Shown: positions 10,711-21,197, counted from the stretch's first letter. The stretch: DNA of 46,329 bases from Pseudomonadota bacterium (GCA_030271565.1 JARXKR010000001.1:1-46329); one strand, 5' to 3'. Made by a program: numbers and translations. Notes: generated from the letters alone by a model not told the origin.

Positions 10711-11664
10711 TCAATCCGCAGCTGGCAGTGAGGAACCGGCGAGAATGGCGCGCGGCGACATCCCGAAGTGCTGCCGGCAAGCCCGTGAAAAGACCGGCTG
10801 CGAGGAAAAGCCGACGGCCAATGCGGCTTCATGGACCGTCATGCGGGTCTGGCGCATCAGTTCGACGGCGTGCCTAATCCGCAACTCGCGGTAGAAGCGC
10901 CCAGGCGTCACGCCCATGCTTGCCAGAAACAGCCGCTCGGCCTGGCGTCGATGGATGCCCTCTGCCTTGAGAATGGTGGCCAACGACCTGCCCAGGCCGA
11001 TCCCGTGTTCCATGGCCACGACAAGGCGTTGAACAGCTCTCCCCGCGCACTGCGCCGGCAGGCCAAGCGCAGTACGCTGCGGCTCGGTTGGGGGACGGAT
11101 GCGATCATGAATGAGCTGATCCGACACGGCCTGCGCCAAGGCAATGCCATGGCTTGCTGCGATGCCGTCCAGCATCATGTCCATCGCGGCCGTGCCGCCG
11201 GCACAGGTCATCAGGCGGGAGTGGCGCTCGTAGAGTTCGGTCGAGACCGGAATTTGGGGATAACGTCGGCGGAATTCCTCGGCAGCCTCCCAATGCAGGG
11301 TGATCGTTTCGCGGCCCAGAATCCCGGCCTCGGCCAGCACGAAGGCACCGGTATCGATTGCCCCGATCTGGCAACCCGCGCGCCACAGGCGGCGGATCTG
11401 CCCGAGCAAGGCCGGGCGCGCGTGGTCAAGCGGATCAAATCCCGCGCATATGACGAGAAGGTGCGGCACATCAGACAAGGGGCCATCGCAGCGCAGCTGC
11501 ATCCCGTTGGATGCCTCGGCAAAGTCACCATCAGGCGCACGGATCGTCCAGGCATAAAGCTCTTGTCCCGCCAGCCGATTGGCTATGCGCAGCGGCTCGA
11601 GCGCGGCGAAGAACGCGATCGCCGAGAAACCGGGCATAAGGATGAAAGCGAGCGACTGGGTCAT
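10711..11664 (-). CDS. GlxA-family AraC regulator (CdhR/GbdR-like)
   Basis: DJ-1-like N-domain (ALEPLRIANR, IDTGAFVLAEAG, TLHWE, TCAGGTAAMD) plus C-terminal AraC HTH; divergent from the carnitine operon. Confidence 0.9.
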   Translation of the reverse strand: MTQSLAFILMPGFSAIAFFAALEPLRIANRLAGQELYAWTIRAPDGDFAEASNGMQLRCDGPLSDVPHLLVICAGFDPLDHARPALLGQIRRLWRAGCQIGAIDTGAFVLAEAGILGRETITLHWEAAEEFRRRYPQIPVSTELYERHSRLMTCAGGTAAMDMMLDGIAASHGIALAQAVSDQLIHDRIRPPTEPQRTALGLPAQCAGRAVQRLVVAMEHGIGLGRSLATILKAEGIHRRQAERLFLASMGVTPGRFYRELRIRHAVELMRQTRMTVHEAALAVGFSSQPVFSRACRQHFGMSPRAILAGSSLPAAD

Positions 11665-11683
11665 CGGTAACGACTTGCCATGG

Positions 11684-11718
11684 ATTGTCGTAATTTGCAA
11701 TCAATTGACGTATTTCGC
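11684..11718 (+). promoter_or_regulatory. Candidate tandem operator for the GlxA-family regulator
   Basis: ATTGTCGTAATTTGC (11684-11698) and ATTGACGTATTTCGC (11704-11718) are imperfect direct repeats with a 20-bp period; the second contains a TTGACG -35-like hexamer. Confidence 0.5.
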
Positions 11719-11766
11719 TATTTGATTCGGCCATCTCCCGATTAAGCTGCGGGTCGGGAGACGATC

Positions 11767-12657
11767 ATGAATTTTGAACCTTTCATCACTTGCGCGGTCA
11801 CTGGATCGGGCAACACCCAGGGGATACATCCCGACCTGCCGATAACCCCCGAACAGATCGCCAATGCCGCGATCGAGGCGGCCAGGGCAGGCGCAGCGAT
11901 CGCGCATATCCACGTTCGCGATCCCGAAACGGGCAAAGGCTGCCGCGATGTGGCGCTCTATCGCGAGGTTGTGGAACGGGTCCGCGCCAGTGACACCGAT
12001 GTGATCCTCAACCTGACCGCCGGGATGGGTGGGGACATGGTGTTCGGTCCCGGCGAAACGCCCCTGCCGCTCGATCCCGCCGGAACCGACATGGTGGGGC
12101 CGATGGAGCGGCTTGATCATGTGCGCGAACTCCTCCCAGAGATCTGCACGCTCGATTGCGGGACGATGAACTTCGCCGAAGCCGACTACGTGATGACTAA
12201 CACACCCGGCATGTTGCGCACCATGGCCGCCGAAGTCCAACGACTGGGCGTGCGGCCCGAACTGGAAGTGTTCGATACCGGGCATCTGGTGTTCGTGAAG
12301 GAGTTGATCCGCGACGGGCTGCTCGACGATCCGGTCATGATTCAGCTGTGCATGGGCATCCCCTATGGCGCGCCCGACGATCCTCTGACAACGATGGCGA
12401 TGGTCCACCAGCTTCCCCCCGGCGCGGTGTTCAGCGGGTTCTCGATCGGGCGGAACCAGCTGCCGTTCGTGGCGATGGCGGCGCTGGCCGGCGGCAACGT
12501 GCGCGTGGGGCTGGAGGACAACCTCTACCTCGGGCGCGGGGAGTTTGCGAGCAACGGCCAGCTGGTCGAGCGCGCGGTGCAGATCCTGACCGGGATGGGC
12601 GCACGGATCCTCAACCCCGCCGAAGTCCGCACCAAACTCAAGCTGACCAAGCGCTAG
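11767..12657 (+). CDS. cdhC: Beta-keto acid cleavage enzyme (BKACE/DUF849), probable 3-dehydrocarnitine cleavage enzyme
   Basis: [28 protein letters not shown] and VRVGLEDN motifs; directly upstream of carnitine dehydrogenase. Confidence 0.88.
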   Translation: MNFEPFITCAVTGSGNTQGIHPDLPITPEQIANAAIEAARAGAAIAHIHVRDPETGKGCRDVALYREVVERVRASDTDVILNLTAGMGGDMVFGPGETPLPLDPAGTDMVGPMERLDHVRELLPEICTLDCGTMNFAEADYVMTNTPGMLRTMAAEVQRLGVRPELEVFDTGHLVFVKELIRDGLLDDPVMIQLCMGIPYGAPDDPLTTMAMVHQLPPGAVFSGFSIGRNQLPFVAMAALAGGNVRVGLEDNLYLGRGEFASNGQLVERAVQILTGMGARILNPAEVRTKLKLTKR

Positions 12658-12670
12658 GAGCAAAAGACCC

Positions 12671-14146
12671 ATGGCGCACGAGATCCGAAAAGTTGGCATT
12701 GTGGGTGGCGGCGTGATCGGCGCGGGCTGGGCAGCGCGCTTCGTGCTCAACGGGATCGACGTGGCGATTTACGATCCTGACCCGGAGATCGAGCGCAAGA
12801 CCGGCGCTGTGATCGCCAACGCCCGGCGCGCGCTTACCCGGCTGTTCGGTCAAGCCCTGCCGGCCGAAGGAACAATCACGATCGCGGCAAGCATCGCCGA
12901 AGCAGTGCACGATGCGGACTTCATTCAGGAAAGCCTGCCCGAACGGGAGGACTTGAAAGCTCGGCTGCTCGCTGAAATGGATGCGGCGATGCCGGATCAT
13001 GCCGTGATCGGATCTTCCACATCGGGCCTGCTGCCGACGAAGTTGCAGGCTCAGATGGCGCGGCCCGAGCGGTTGGTAGTCGGCCACCCCTTCAATCCGG
13101 TCTACCTGCTGCCGCTGGTTGAGGTCTGTGGCGGTGACCGGACAAGCCAAGCCACTATCGATACCGCCGCCGCCGTCTATGAGCGCATCGGCATGAAAGT
13201 GCTGCGCGTGCGCAAGGAGATCGACGGGTTCATCGCCGACCGGCTGCTGGAGGCCGTGTGGCGCGAAGCACTGTGGCTGATCAACGACGGGATCGCGACG
13301 GCCTCGGAAATCGACGACGCGATCCGCTTCGGCGCGGGGATGCGCTGGTCGTTCATGGGGACGTTCCTCGTCTACCGGCTCGCCGGGGGCGAAGACGGTA
13401 TGCGACACTTCCTCCACCAGTTCGGCCCTTCGATGGAATGGCCCTGGACCAAGCTGATCGGGCCGAAGCTGACCGACGAGCTGGTCGAGACCATTTCCCG
13501 TCAATCCGATGAGCAGGCCGGCGGGATCGACCTGCGCACATACGAGCGACTGCGCGACGACTGCCTTGTCGACCTCACCCACGCGTTGGAGCGCAACGAT
13601 TTCGCCTCAGGCGCGGTTGCCCGGTCGCATCGCCTTCGGCTGGACGGGCGGCCCGCTGCGGATGGTTCCGCGCTTGCAGATGGGCGGCTGCTGACGATAG
13701 CAACGCCGGTTCAGCCCGAATGGATCGATTACAACGAGCACCTCACTGAATATTGCTATCTCAAGCTGTTCGGCGATGCGACCGACGTGGTGCTCGGCAT
13801 TGTCGGCGCAGGGCAGGACTATGTCTCGGCGGGCTTTTCCTGGTACACGGTGGAGACACATATCCGCCATTTGGGCCAGGCGCGGCTGGGCGAGCCCATC
13901 GAAGTGCGCACCCGCGTACTGACGGCAGACAGCAAACGCTTGCATCTGTTCCACGAAATGGTCAGCCTGAAACAGCATGCGGTAATCGCCACGGCCGAAC
14001 ACATGTTGGTGCATGTCGACGCCAAGGCCGAAAAATCGGCACCGGCTCCGCAGGCTATGCAGGATAAGGCACAGACCCTCGTCCGCGGCCAAGCGCACTT
14101 GCCCCCGCCCGAGGGCGTGGGCCGTCAGATCAAAATGCCCGGCTGA
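12671..14146 (+). CDS. cdhA: L-carnitine 3-dehydrogenase fused to a C-terminal hot-dog thioesterase (CdhA-CdhB-type fusion)
   Basis: GGGVIGAGWAARF, SSTSGL, GHPFNPVYLLPLVE and GFIADRLLEA, then a WIDYNEHLTE...YTVETHIRHL thioesterase domain. Confidence 0.88.
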   Translation: MAHEIRKVGIVGGGVIGAGWAARFVLNGIDVAIYDPDPEIERKTGAVIANARRALTRLFGQALPAEGTITIAASIAEAVHDADFIQESLPEREDLKARLLAEMDAAMPDHAVIGSSTSGLLPTKLQAQMARPERLVVGHPFNPVYLLPLVEVCGGDRTSQATIDTAAAVYERIGMKVLRVRKEIDGFIADRLLEAVWREALWLINDGIATASEIDDAIRFGAGMRWSFMGTFLVYRLAGGEDGMRHFLHQFGPSMEWPWTKLIGPKLTDELVETISRQSDEQAGGIDLRTYERLRDDCLVDLTHALERNDFASGAVARSHRLRLDGRPAADGSALADGRLLTIATPVQPEWIDYNEHLTEYCYLKLFGDATDVVLGIVGAGQDYVSAGFSWYTVETHIRHLGQARLGEPIEVRTRVLTADSKRLHLFHEMVSLKQHAVIATAEHMLVHVDAKAEKSAPAPQAMQDKAQTLVRGQAHLPPPEGVGRQIKMPG

Positions 14147-14170
14147 ACGGCCAGGGGAGGGGGATACCGC

Positions 14171-15577
14171 ATGGCCTTGGTTGAATCGCGCTCGATCGAT
14201 TACATTCCGCTGGCCGAGCGGCATGGCGAGGTGCGGCACCTATGGCCGGTGTGGTTCGTGGGCGACGCACATCTGGCGACACTCGCCACCGGGGCAATCA
14301 GCGTCACGGCCGGGCTCGGCCTGTTCTGGTCGAGCCTCGCGGTGATCGGCGGCTGCGTGCTCGGCACAGTGCTAATGGCGCTGCATTGCTCGCAGGGGCC
14401 GCATCTCGGCCTGCCGCAGATGATCCAGTCGCGCCCGCAGTTCGGATATCTGGGAGCCTTGCTCGTTTGGGTCGTCGCGCTCGTCACTTACATCGGGTTC
14501 AACGCGCTAAACCAGTCGCTCGCGGCTAGCACGGTCAAGGAGCTGGTCGGGCTTCCACAAACGACGACAGTCGTGGTCTTTGCGGCCCTGGCCACTTTCG
14601 TGGCAGCCATCGGCTATGACCTGATCCACAAGGCGCAGCGCATACTCGCGTATCTTATGTTGGCGGTGCTCGCGGTCTATACCGCCGGTCTGTTCACCGT
14701 GATCGATCTCGCCGTCCTGCTGCGGCCGGGCGTGTTCATGCCGACCTTGTTCCTCGTCCAGTTCTTCGCCTCTGCCGGCTATCAGTTGAGCTGGTCGATC
14801 TATGTTTCGGACTATTCGCGCTACCTGCCGCGCGAGGTGGGTATCCGCGCCTCGTTCGGCTGGACGTTCTGCGGGGCGTTCATCGGAGGCGCTTGGATGA
14901 TGCTGGTCGGCGCGTTTGCCGCCGCCGCTTTTGCCAACGCCGACATTGTCGTCGCGCTGCGTCATAGCGCGGACGCGATGTTCGGTGGCTTCGGCGTGAT
15001 CATGCTGGTCAGCAGCTTTGGCGGGCTGATCACCATCACCTCGCTCAACCTATACGGCGCCTCGCTTACCTTGCTCAGCATGGTCGATAGCGTGACCCCA
15101 ATTCGGCTCGGCATCGCCTCGCGCATGATGGCACTGGCCGTTGCGCTCGTTATGTCACTGACGCTGTCGCTCGCCATGAGCGGCAATATTCTCAGCAGGC
15201 TGGAAGCCTTCCTCGGTGTGCTAGTCTACCTCTTCACGCCGTGGACCGCCATCAACCTCGCGGACTTCTTCATCGTGCGCAAAGGCCGCTATTCGATCCG
15301 CGCGATGTTCATGGCTGACGGCCTCTATGGCCGCTGGAACTGGCGCGGGCTCACGTCCTACGCGCTCGGCTTCATCGCGATGATCCCGTTCTTCAAGACC
15401 GAGATCTATGTCGGCCCGGTCGCCCAAGCGCTCGGCGGTGCGGATATCTCGATGCTAATCGGGTTGCCTGTTTCGGCGGCGATCTACCTCATGCTGTGCC
15501 GCAGTCTCGATCTTACAAACGAACTGGCGCAGATCCCCGTGCTCGACCGCAATCTGGAAACGGAGCCGGTGCGATGA
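14171..15577 (+). CDS. NCS1 / cytosine-purine permease family transporter
   Basis: ESRSIDYIPLAERHG, GP.LGLPQMIQSR.QFG and SWSIYVSDYSRYLP motifs; about 12 hydrophobic segments. Confidence 0.88.
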   Translation: MALVESRSIDYIPLAERHGEVRHLWPVWFVGDAHLATLATGAISVTAGLGLFWSSLAVIGGCVLGTVLMALHCSQGPHLGLPQMIQSRPQFGYLGALLVWVVALVTYIGFNALNQSLAASTVKELVGLPQTTTVVVFAALATFVAAIGYDLIHKAQRILAYLMLAVLAVYTAGLFTVIDLAVLLRPGVFMPTLFLVQFFASAGYQLSWSIYVSDYSRYLPREVGIRASFGWTFCGAFIGGAWMMLVGAFAAAAFANADIVVALRHSADAMFGGFGVIMLVSSFGGLITITSLNLYGASLTLLSMVDSVTPIRLGIASRMMALAVALVMSLTLSLAMSGNILSRLEAFLGVLVYLFTPWTAINLADFFIVRKGRYSIRAMFMADGLYGRWNWRGLTSYALGFIAMIPFFKTEIYVGPVAQALGGADISMLIGLPVSAAIYLMLCRSLDLTNELAQIPVLDRNLETEPVR

Positions 15578-16617
15578 TCCTTCGTGTTCTGGCCTTGGCA
15601 CTTCTTGCCTTTGCGGTTCCGGGGTCCGCACAGCCGATCGCATTCCCCGACCATTTCGATCCGATCGGCACCCCGCTGCAGAGCCTGCAGACCCGCGAGG
15701 GACGCATCGTCCACTATACCGACACCGGCGAAGCGGGCTGGAAGCCCATGCTGTTCATCGGTGGAGTCGGCACCAGCGCCCGCGCGCCCGAGCTCGTGGC
15801 GTTTCTCGATACCCTGCGCCGCCGCCTCAAAGTGCGGATCATCGCGGTCGAACGCAACGGTCTTGGCGATACGGCCTATGACCCGGCGTGGACTTTCGCT
15901 GACTATACCAACGAGGTGCGGCAAGTGCTGGACCGGCTCGGCATCCAGCGTTTCGCGCTCGTCGCGATCTCGGGCGGCGGGGCCTATGCCGGGCATATCG
16001 TCGCCGCCATGCCTGAGCGCTTGACATCGTGGCACATGCTCGCTGCAATCGCCTCGGCCCCGGCCAGCAATCCAGTCTGCGCCGCCGATCAGGCCGAGCT
16101 CGAAACCCTACTAGCACCGCAAGTCGGCGCACCGCGTGTGTTTTGGGCTCTGCCCGCAGACGGCGTCGTCGCCAAAGTTCCGGGCTTCGCCGACCGCGCG
16201 GCGGACGAGGGCGCGCGGGCCTTTTTCATCGCCGGGCAGCATGGTGACATCCGCGGCGTCGCGCGCGAATACAGGCGGTTATGCGATGCGCCCGCGCCCG
16301 TCTCGGCTTTCCCGGCACCGGCGTACTTCTACTATGGCGAGATCGACCCGCTCGTGCCGCCAAGCCAGGGCGAATTCTGGGCCAATAAAGTCGCCGGCAA
16401 AGTCACGTTCCGCCGCTACCCCGGTGAGGGACACGATGTGCAGTACCGCCACTGGGACCAGCTCTTGCTCGATGTTTCGGGGCATGGCGGGCAGACGCTG
16501 GTATGCGAGCATGGGCGCGCGCGGCTGGTGGCCGGGCTGGTCCAACCGGCGCAGCTTGCGGTGGGCGCGACACTGGGTATCTGCGCGTGGCAGACCCAAC
16601 GCAGGGAGCAGCCATGA
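15574..16617 (+). CDS. Secreted alpha/beta hydrolase
   Basis: Signal peptide MILRVLALALLAFAVPGSA, nucleophile elbow AISGG, GEIDPLV (Asp) and GEGHDV (His); ATGA overlap with the permease. Confidence 0.85.
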   Translation: MILRVLALALLAFAVPGSAQPIAFPDHFDPIGTPLQSLQTREGRIVHYTDTGEAGWKPMLFIGGVGTSARAPELVAFLDTLRRRLKVRIIAVERNGLGDTAYDPAWTFADYTNEVRQVLDRLGIQRFALVAISGGGAYAGHIVAAMPERLTSWHMLAAIASAPASNPVCAADQAELETLLAPQVGAPRVFWALPADGVVAKVPGFADRAADEGARAFFIAGQHGDIRGVAREYRRLCDAPAPVSAFPAPAYFYYGEIDPLVPPSQGEFWANKVAGKVTFRRYPGEGHDVQYRHWDQLLLDVSGHGGQTLVCEHGRARLVAGLVQPAQLAVGATLGICAWQTQRREQP

Positions 16618-17186
16618 TGACGGAGAGACCCTTGGAAGAAGCTGGACACGGTCTCCGCACGCCGCTCGAAGGCATTGCCGCGCGGCCCCTCGTCCCCGGT
16701 CAGGCGATCGCGGCTCCATTGCGGCTCATCACCCCGACCGTTGCCCGCGACTGGGTCGACTACAACGGTCATATGAGCGAATCCTGTTTTCTGCTTGTCT
16801 TCGGCGACCAGTCGGACGCGTTTTTCCGCCTGATCGGGATCGACGAGGCCTACCGGGCGGGCGGCCACTCGCTGTTCACCGTGCAGACGATGATCTTCAA
16901 CCTTGCCGAAGCGCACCTCGGGGATCGGCTCGACCTTTCGCTCCAGCTGCTCGATGCCGACGAGAAGCGGCTGCATATCTTCCACGCCATGCACAATGTC
17001 GAGACCGGCATGCTGCTGGCTACCGGCGAGCAGATGCTGGTGCATGTCGATATGGCGGCCGGGCGCAGCACGCCGTTGCCGCCGGAGGTTGACGCACGCG
17101 TACACGCCGTGCTCGCCGCCCATGCCGACCTTCCACGCCCTGCCCAGGCCGGGCGCAACATCGCCATCAAACGGAACCCTGCGTGA
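16614..17186 (+). CDS. Stand-alone hot-dog acyl-CoA thioesterase, paralogous to the fused domain of cdhA
   Basis: WVDYNGHMSE...FGDQSDAF, D.KRLHIFH.M and ATGEQMLVHVD motifs; ATGA overlap and GGGAG RBS. Confidence 0.85.
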   Translation: MMTERPLEEAGHGLRTPLEGIAARPLVPGQAIAAPLRLITPTVARDWVDYNGHMSESCFLLVFGDQSDAFFRLIGIDEAYRAGGHSLFTVQTMIFNLAEAHLGDRLDLSLQLLDADEKRLHIFHAMHNVETGMLLATGEQMLVHVDMAAGRSTPLPPEVDARVHAVLAAHADLPRPAQAGRNIAIKRNPA

Positions 17187-18334
17187 TGCATTTCGAATTG
17201 TCTTCCGAGCAGCAGATGCTGGTCGAAACCGTGCGCCGCTTTGTCGAGGCCGAGCTCTATCCGCATGAGAAAATGGTCGAGGAGACCGACAGCGTGCCAG
17301 ACGAGCTGGCCATCGAGATCCGCGCCAAGTCCCAGGCGCTCGGGCTTTATGCGGTGAACATGCCGGCAGAGCTGGGCGGCGGCGGCCTTGGTACCTTCGA
17401 CACCACGCTGATGGAGCGCGAACTCGGCCGCGCCAGCTATGGCCTGCAGATGATGATCGCCCGCCCAAGTAATATCCTGCGCGGATGCGAGGGCAGCCAG
17501 ATCGAGGAGTATCTGCTGCCGACGATCCGAGGCGAACGGCACGACTGCCTCGCGATGACCGAGCCCGATGCCGGGTCCGATGTCCGCTCGATGCGCACTT
17601 TCGCACGCAAGGATGGCAGTGACTTCGTGATCAACGGCTCCAAGCATTTCATCAGCCACGCCGATGTGGCCGATTTCGTGATCCTCTGCGCCGCGACGGG
17701 CGAGCAAGGTGGCAAGAACACGATCAGCTGCTTCCTTGTCGATCTCGATACTCCTGGCCTCACCCGGCGGCGCGGGCCCAAATGCGTCTCGCACCGGGGC
17801 TATCACCAGTGCGAGTTGATTTTCGAAGATTGCCGGGTGCCCGCTTCCAGCCTGCTGGGCGAACTCGACAAGGGGTTCGAACTGATGGGGCAATGGCTTG
17901 GCTCGACCCGCTTGCAGGTAGCGACGACATCGGTCGGGCGTGGGCAGCGCGTGCTCGAAATGGCGACGCAGTGGGCCGCGACGCGCAAGCAGTTCGGGCA
18001 GGCCATCGGGAAGTTTCAGGGCACCGGCTTCAAGCTGGCGGACATGAAGACCGAGCTGGAAGCGGCCGAACTCCTCACCCTCCGCGCCGCGTGGAAGGAC
18101 GACCAGGGCACGATGACCGACACCGACGCAGCGATGGCCAAGCTCTTCGCGTCCGAAGCGCTCGCCCGCGTGACCGACAACGCGCTGCAGATCTTCGGCG
18201 GCATGGGCCTGATGGACGAACTGCCCATCGAGCGGTTCTGGCGCGACGCGCGGGTAGAGCGGATCTGGGACGGCACGAGCGAGATCCAGCGCCATATCAT
18301 CAGCCGCGCACTGCTGCGTCCGCTGGAGGCATGA
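17186..18334 (+). CDS. Acyl-CoA dehydrogenase (probable gamma-butyrobetainyl-CoA dehydrogenase)
   Basis: AMTEPDAGSD, INGSKHFIS, RKQFGQ.I, QIFGGMG and IWDGTSEIQR motifs; substrate inferred from context. Confidence 0.9.
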   Translation: MHFELSSEQQMLVETVRRFVEAELYPHEKMVEETDSVPDELAIEIRAKSQALGLYAVNMPAELGGGGLGTFDTTLMERELGRASYGLQMMIARPSNILRGCEGSQIEEYLLPTIRGERHDCLAMTEPDAGSDVRSMRTFARKDGSDFVINGSKHFISHADVADFVILCAATGEQGGKNTISCFLVDLDTPGLTRRRGPKCVSHRGYHQCELIFEDCRVPASSLLGELDKGFELMGQWLGSTRLQVATTSVGRGQRVLEMATQWAATRKQFGQAIGKFQGTGFKLADMKTELEAAELLTLRAAWKDDQGTMTDTDAAMAKLFASEALARVTDNALQIFGGMGLMDELPIERFWRDARVERIWDGTSEIQRHIISRALLRPLEA

Positions 18335-20421
18335 ACAACGCGGACAGATTGACCCGCCTGCTGCGCCCGCGCAGCTTGGCGATTGTCGGCGGAAAGGCGG
18401 CCGAGGAAGCCGTGCGCCAGTGCCGCGCGCTGGGCTATGCCGGGGCCATCTGGCCAGTGAACCCGAAGCGCGCGGAGATGGGCGGCTTGCCTTGCTTTGC
18501 CGATATGGCATCGCTGCCTGATGCGCCGGATGCGGTCTTTATGGCCGCGCCAGCTCCCGCGACCATCGCGCTGGCAGGCGAGCTGTCCGGTGTGGGCGGC
18601 GCGATCTGCTATGCGGCCGGCTTCGCCGAGAGCGGCGACGAGGGCCGTGAGCGGCAGGAGGCGCTGCTCGCCGCTGCCGGGGGCGTGCCGCTGATCGGCC
18701 CCAATTGTTACGGCATGCTCAACTTGTTTGACCGCGTGGCGCTGTGGCCCGATCAGCATGGTTGCCTGCCCATCGATGCGGGACGCGGTGTCGCGATTAT
18801 CAGTCAGAGCGGCAATCTGGCGCTCAACTTCACAATGCAGACGCGCGGACTGCCGATTGGCTACGTAATCTCGGTCGGTAACTGCGCGGGTGTGACCCCG
18901 GCGGACCTGATCGAAGCGCTGATAGCCGATGAACGGGTCAGCGTGATCGGGCTGCATCTGGAGGGGTTGGGAGCGGTCGCTCGGTTTTCCGAGGCCTGCC
19001 TCGCCGCGCGTGCGGCTGGCGTGCCGCTGGTGGCGCTCAAGACCGGGGCTTCGGCCAAGGGCGCGGCACTTACGCTTTCGCACACCAGCTCGCTCGCGGG
19101 GGCTGATGCGCTGTGCGACGCGCTGTTCACGCGCTATGGCGTGGCGCGCGCGCATGATCCCGCGAGTTTCCTCGAAACGCTGAAGCTTCTGCATGTGGCC
19201 GGGCCCTTGCGCGGACGGCGGATCACCAGCGCGAGCTGTTCGGGCGGCGAAGCCTCGCTCAGTGCCGATCTGGCCGAGCGTGCTGGCCTTGAAACGCCGG
19301 ACTTTCCCGCAGGCGTGCAGGCTGAGCTGGAAGCAGTGCTGGGCTCTCGCGTGAATGTCGCCAATCCGCTCGACTACCACACCTATATCTGGGGCGATGA
19401 AGCCGCGCAGACGGCGTGCTTTGCGGGCATGCTGGGGGCGGATTTCGAAGCCTCAATGCTGATCCTCGATTTCCCCCGCGCGGACCGGTGCACGGGGGCG
19501 GATTGGGATGTGACCATTGCGGCCTTCCTCGGGGCGGTGCGCGCGATCCCGGCGGCGGAGGGCACGGTACGGATTGTGGCAAGCTCGCTGGGCGAGAACC
19601 TGCCGGAAGCCGCCGCCGCTGCGCTGATCGCCGCGGGCGTTCTGCCCGCGAACGGTCTCGACAAGGCGCTGCTGGCCGTGGCTGCCGCCGCGCAGATCGG
19701 CGAAGCCTGGGCGCGCCCAGCTCCCGCCGCGCTGCCCGAAGCACTGCCGCTCGAGGTTGGTGAAACGGTTACGTGGGATGAAGTTCGCAGCAAGGCTGCG
19801 CTGGCGGCCATCGGCGTGCCGGTGCCCCGCGGGCGGCTGCTGTCGCTCACGGAACTGGAAACGCTGTGCGGCGATGAGACCGCCCTCCTGCCCGCGCCAT
19901 TTCCTCTGGTTCTCAAAGCCGCAGGGGCCGATCTTGCGCACAAGACCGAACTTGGCGGCGTCGTGCTCGGCCTGTCCAGCCGCGCGGCGTTGCTCGCTGC
20001 TGCGCACCGCATGGCGGGGCTTGGCGGGACCTTTTTGATCGAGGAAATGGTCGGCGGCACCGTCGCCGAGCTGATCGTCGGGATCGGGCGCGATCCGCAG
20101 TTCGGCCTGTTCATGACGCTGGGTGCGGGCGGCATTTTCGTTGAACTGCTGCGGCAGGTCGAGCAGGTCTTGCTCCCCGCGAGTCGCACCGAGATCGAGG
20201 CCGCTTTGGCGCGGCTGCCGCTGTACGGCGTTCTCGCCGGATACCGGGGTCGTGCAGGCTGCGATATGCCGGCGCTGGTCGATGCCATCGAAGCCGTCGC
20301 GGCCTTCGCCATAACGCATGGCGACCGGCTGGAAGAACTCGACGTCAATCCGCTGCTCGCCCTGCCCGGGGGTGCGGTCGCGGTGGATGCGCTGATCCGG
20401 ATGAGGGAGCCTTCACAATGA
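18331..20421 (+). CDS. ADP-forming acyl-CoA synthetase, fused alpha/beta (probable gamma-butyrobetaine-CoA ligase)
   Basis: CoA-binding N-domain (IWPVNP, GPNCYG, SQSGN), SHTSSLAG phospho-His motif, ATP-grasp ([14 protein letters not shown]); substrate inferred from context. Confidence 0.88.
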   Translation: MNNADRLTRLLRPRSLAIVGGKAAEEAVRQCRALGYAGAIWPVNPKRAEMGGLPCFADMASLPDAPDAVFMAAPAPATIALAGELSGVGGAICYAAGFAESGDEGRERQEALLAAAGGVPLIGPNCYGMLNLFDRVALWPDQHGCLPIDAGRGVAIISQSGNLALNFTMQTRGLPIGYVISVGNCAGVTPADLIEALIADERVSVIGLHLEGLGAVARFSEACLAARAAGVPLVALKTGASAKGAALTLSHTSSLAGADALCDALFTRYGVARAHDPASFLETLKLLHVAGPLRGRRITSASCSGGEASLSADLAERAGLETPDFPAGVQAELEAVLGSRVNVANPLDYHTYIWGDEAAQTACFAGMLGADFEASMLILDFPRADRCTGADWDVTIAAFLGAVRAIPAAEGTVRIVASSLGENLPEAAAAALIAAGVLPANGLDKALLAVAAAAQIGEAWARPAPAALPEALPLEVGETVTWDEVRSKAALAAIGVPVPRGRLLSLTELETLCGDETALLPAPFPLVLKAAGADLAHKTELGGVVLGLSSRAALLAAAHRMAGLGGTFLIEEMVGGTVAELIVGIGRDPQFGLFMTLGAGGIFVELLRQVEQVLLPASRTEIEAALARLPLYGVLAGYRGRAGCDMPALVDAIEAVAAFAITHGDRLEELDVNPLLALPGGAVAVDALIRMREPSQ

Positions 20422-21197
20422 GTGCCGTCACGCTCGAAAACCGCGCCGGAATCCTGATCATCACGCTCGACCGGCCCAAAGCCAATGCGATCGACGTGGC
20501 GACCAGCAACGAACTCTATGCCGCATTCAAGACTCTCAACGACGATCCCGCGCTGCGCGTCGGCATCATCACCGGAACCGGGCGGTTCTTCTCCGCAGGC
20601 TGGGATCTGGGCGCGGCGAACGAGGGCGAGGCGGTCGATGCCGATCATGGCCCCGGCGGCTTTGCGGGACTCACCGAATATTTCAGCCTGACCAAGCCGG
20701 TAATCGCGGCGGTGAACGGGCTCGCGGTCGGCGGCGGGTTCGAACTCGCGCTGGCTGCCGATCTGATCGTGGCCAGCACCACCGCGCGGTTCTGGCTGCC
20801 CGAAGCACAGCTCGGCATGCTGCCCGATTCCGGCGGTCTGCTGCGGCTGCCCAAGGCGATCCCGGCGCGGCTCGCGCGCGAGATGATCCTCACCGGACGG
20901 CGGATGGAAGCCGATGAGGCGCTGGCGCTCAATCTGTTAAACCGGGTAGTGGAACCCGAGGCCTTGCTGGACTGCGCGCTGGAGCTTGGGGGCACGATTG
21001 CGCGCTCCGCGCCGCTCGCGATTGCCGCGGCGCGCGATATTCTGCGGGCAACCGAGGGGCTGGAAGTCGAGCAAGGCTACCGGCTGATGCGCAGCGGATC
21101 GATCCCGTCCTATCGCGCCATGCTGGATTCCGAGGATGCGCTGGAAGGCCCACGCGCCTTCGCCGAAGGCCGTGCGCCGGAGTGGAAGGGGCGTTAG
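20418..21197 (+). CDS. Enoyl-CoA hydratase / crotonobetainyl-CoA hydratase (CaiD-like)
   Basis: [36 protein letters not shown] and LPEAQLG motifs. Confidence 0.9.
   Translation: MSAVTLENRAGILIITLDRPKANAIDVATSNELYAAFKTLNDDPALRVGIITGTGRFFSAGWDLGAANEGEAVDADHGPGGFAGLTEYFSLTKPVIAAVNGLAVGGGFELALAADLIVASTTARFWLPEAQLGMLPDSGGLLRLPKAIPARLAREMILTGRRMEADEALALNLLNRVVEPEALLDCALELGGTIARSAPLAIAAARDILRATEGLEVEQGYRLMRSGSIPSYRAMLDSEDALEGPRAFAEGRAPEWKGR

Noticed and set aside
17782-18330. N-terminal extension making the CoA ligase 879 aa
   Set aside because: It overlaps the acyl-CoA dehydrogenase in another frame; ATG 18331 has a GGAGG RBS and an ATGA overlap.
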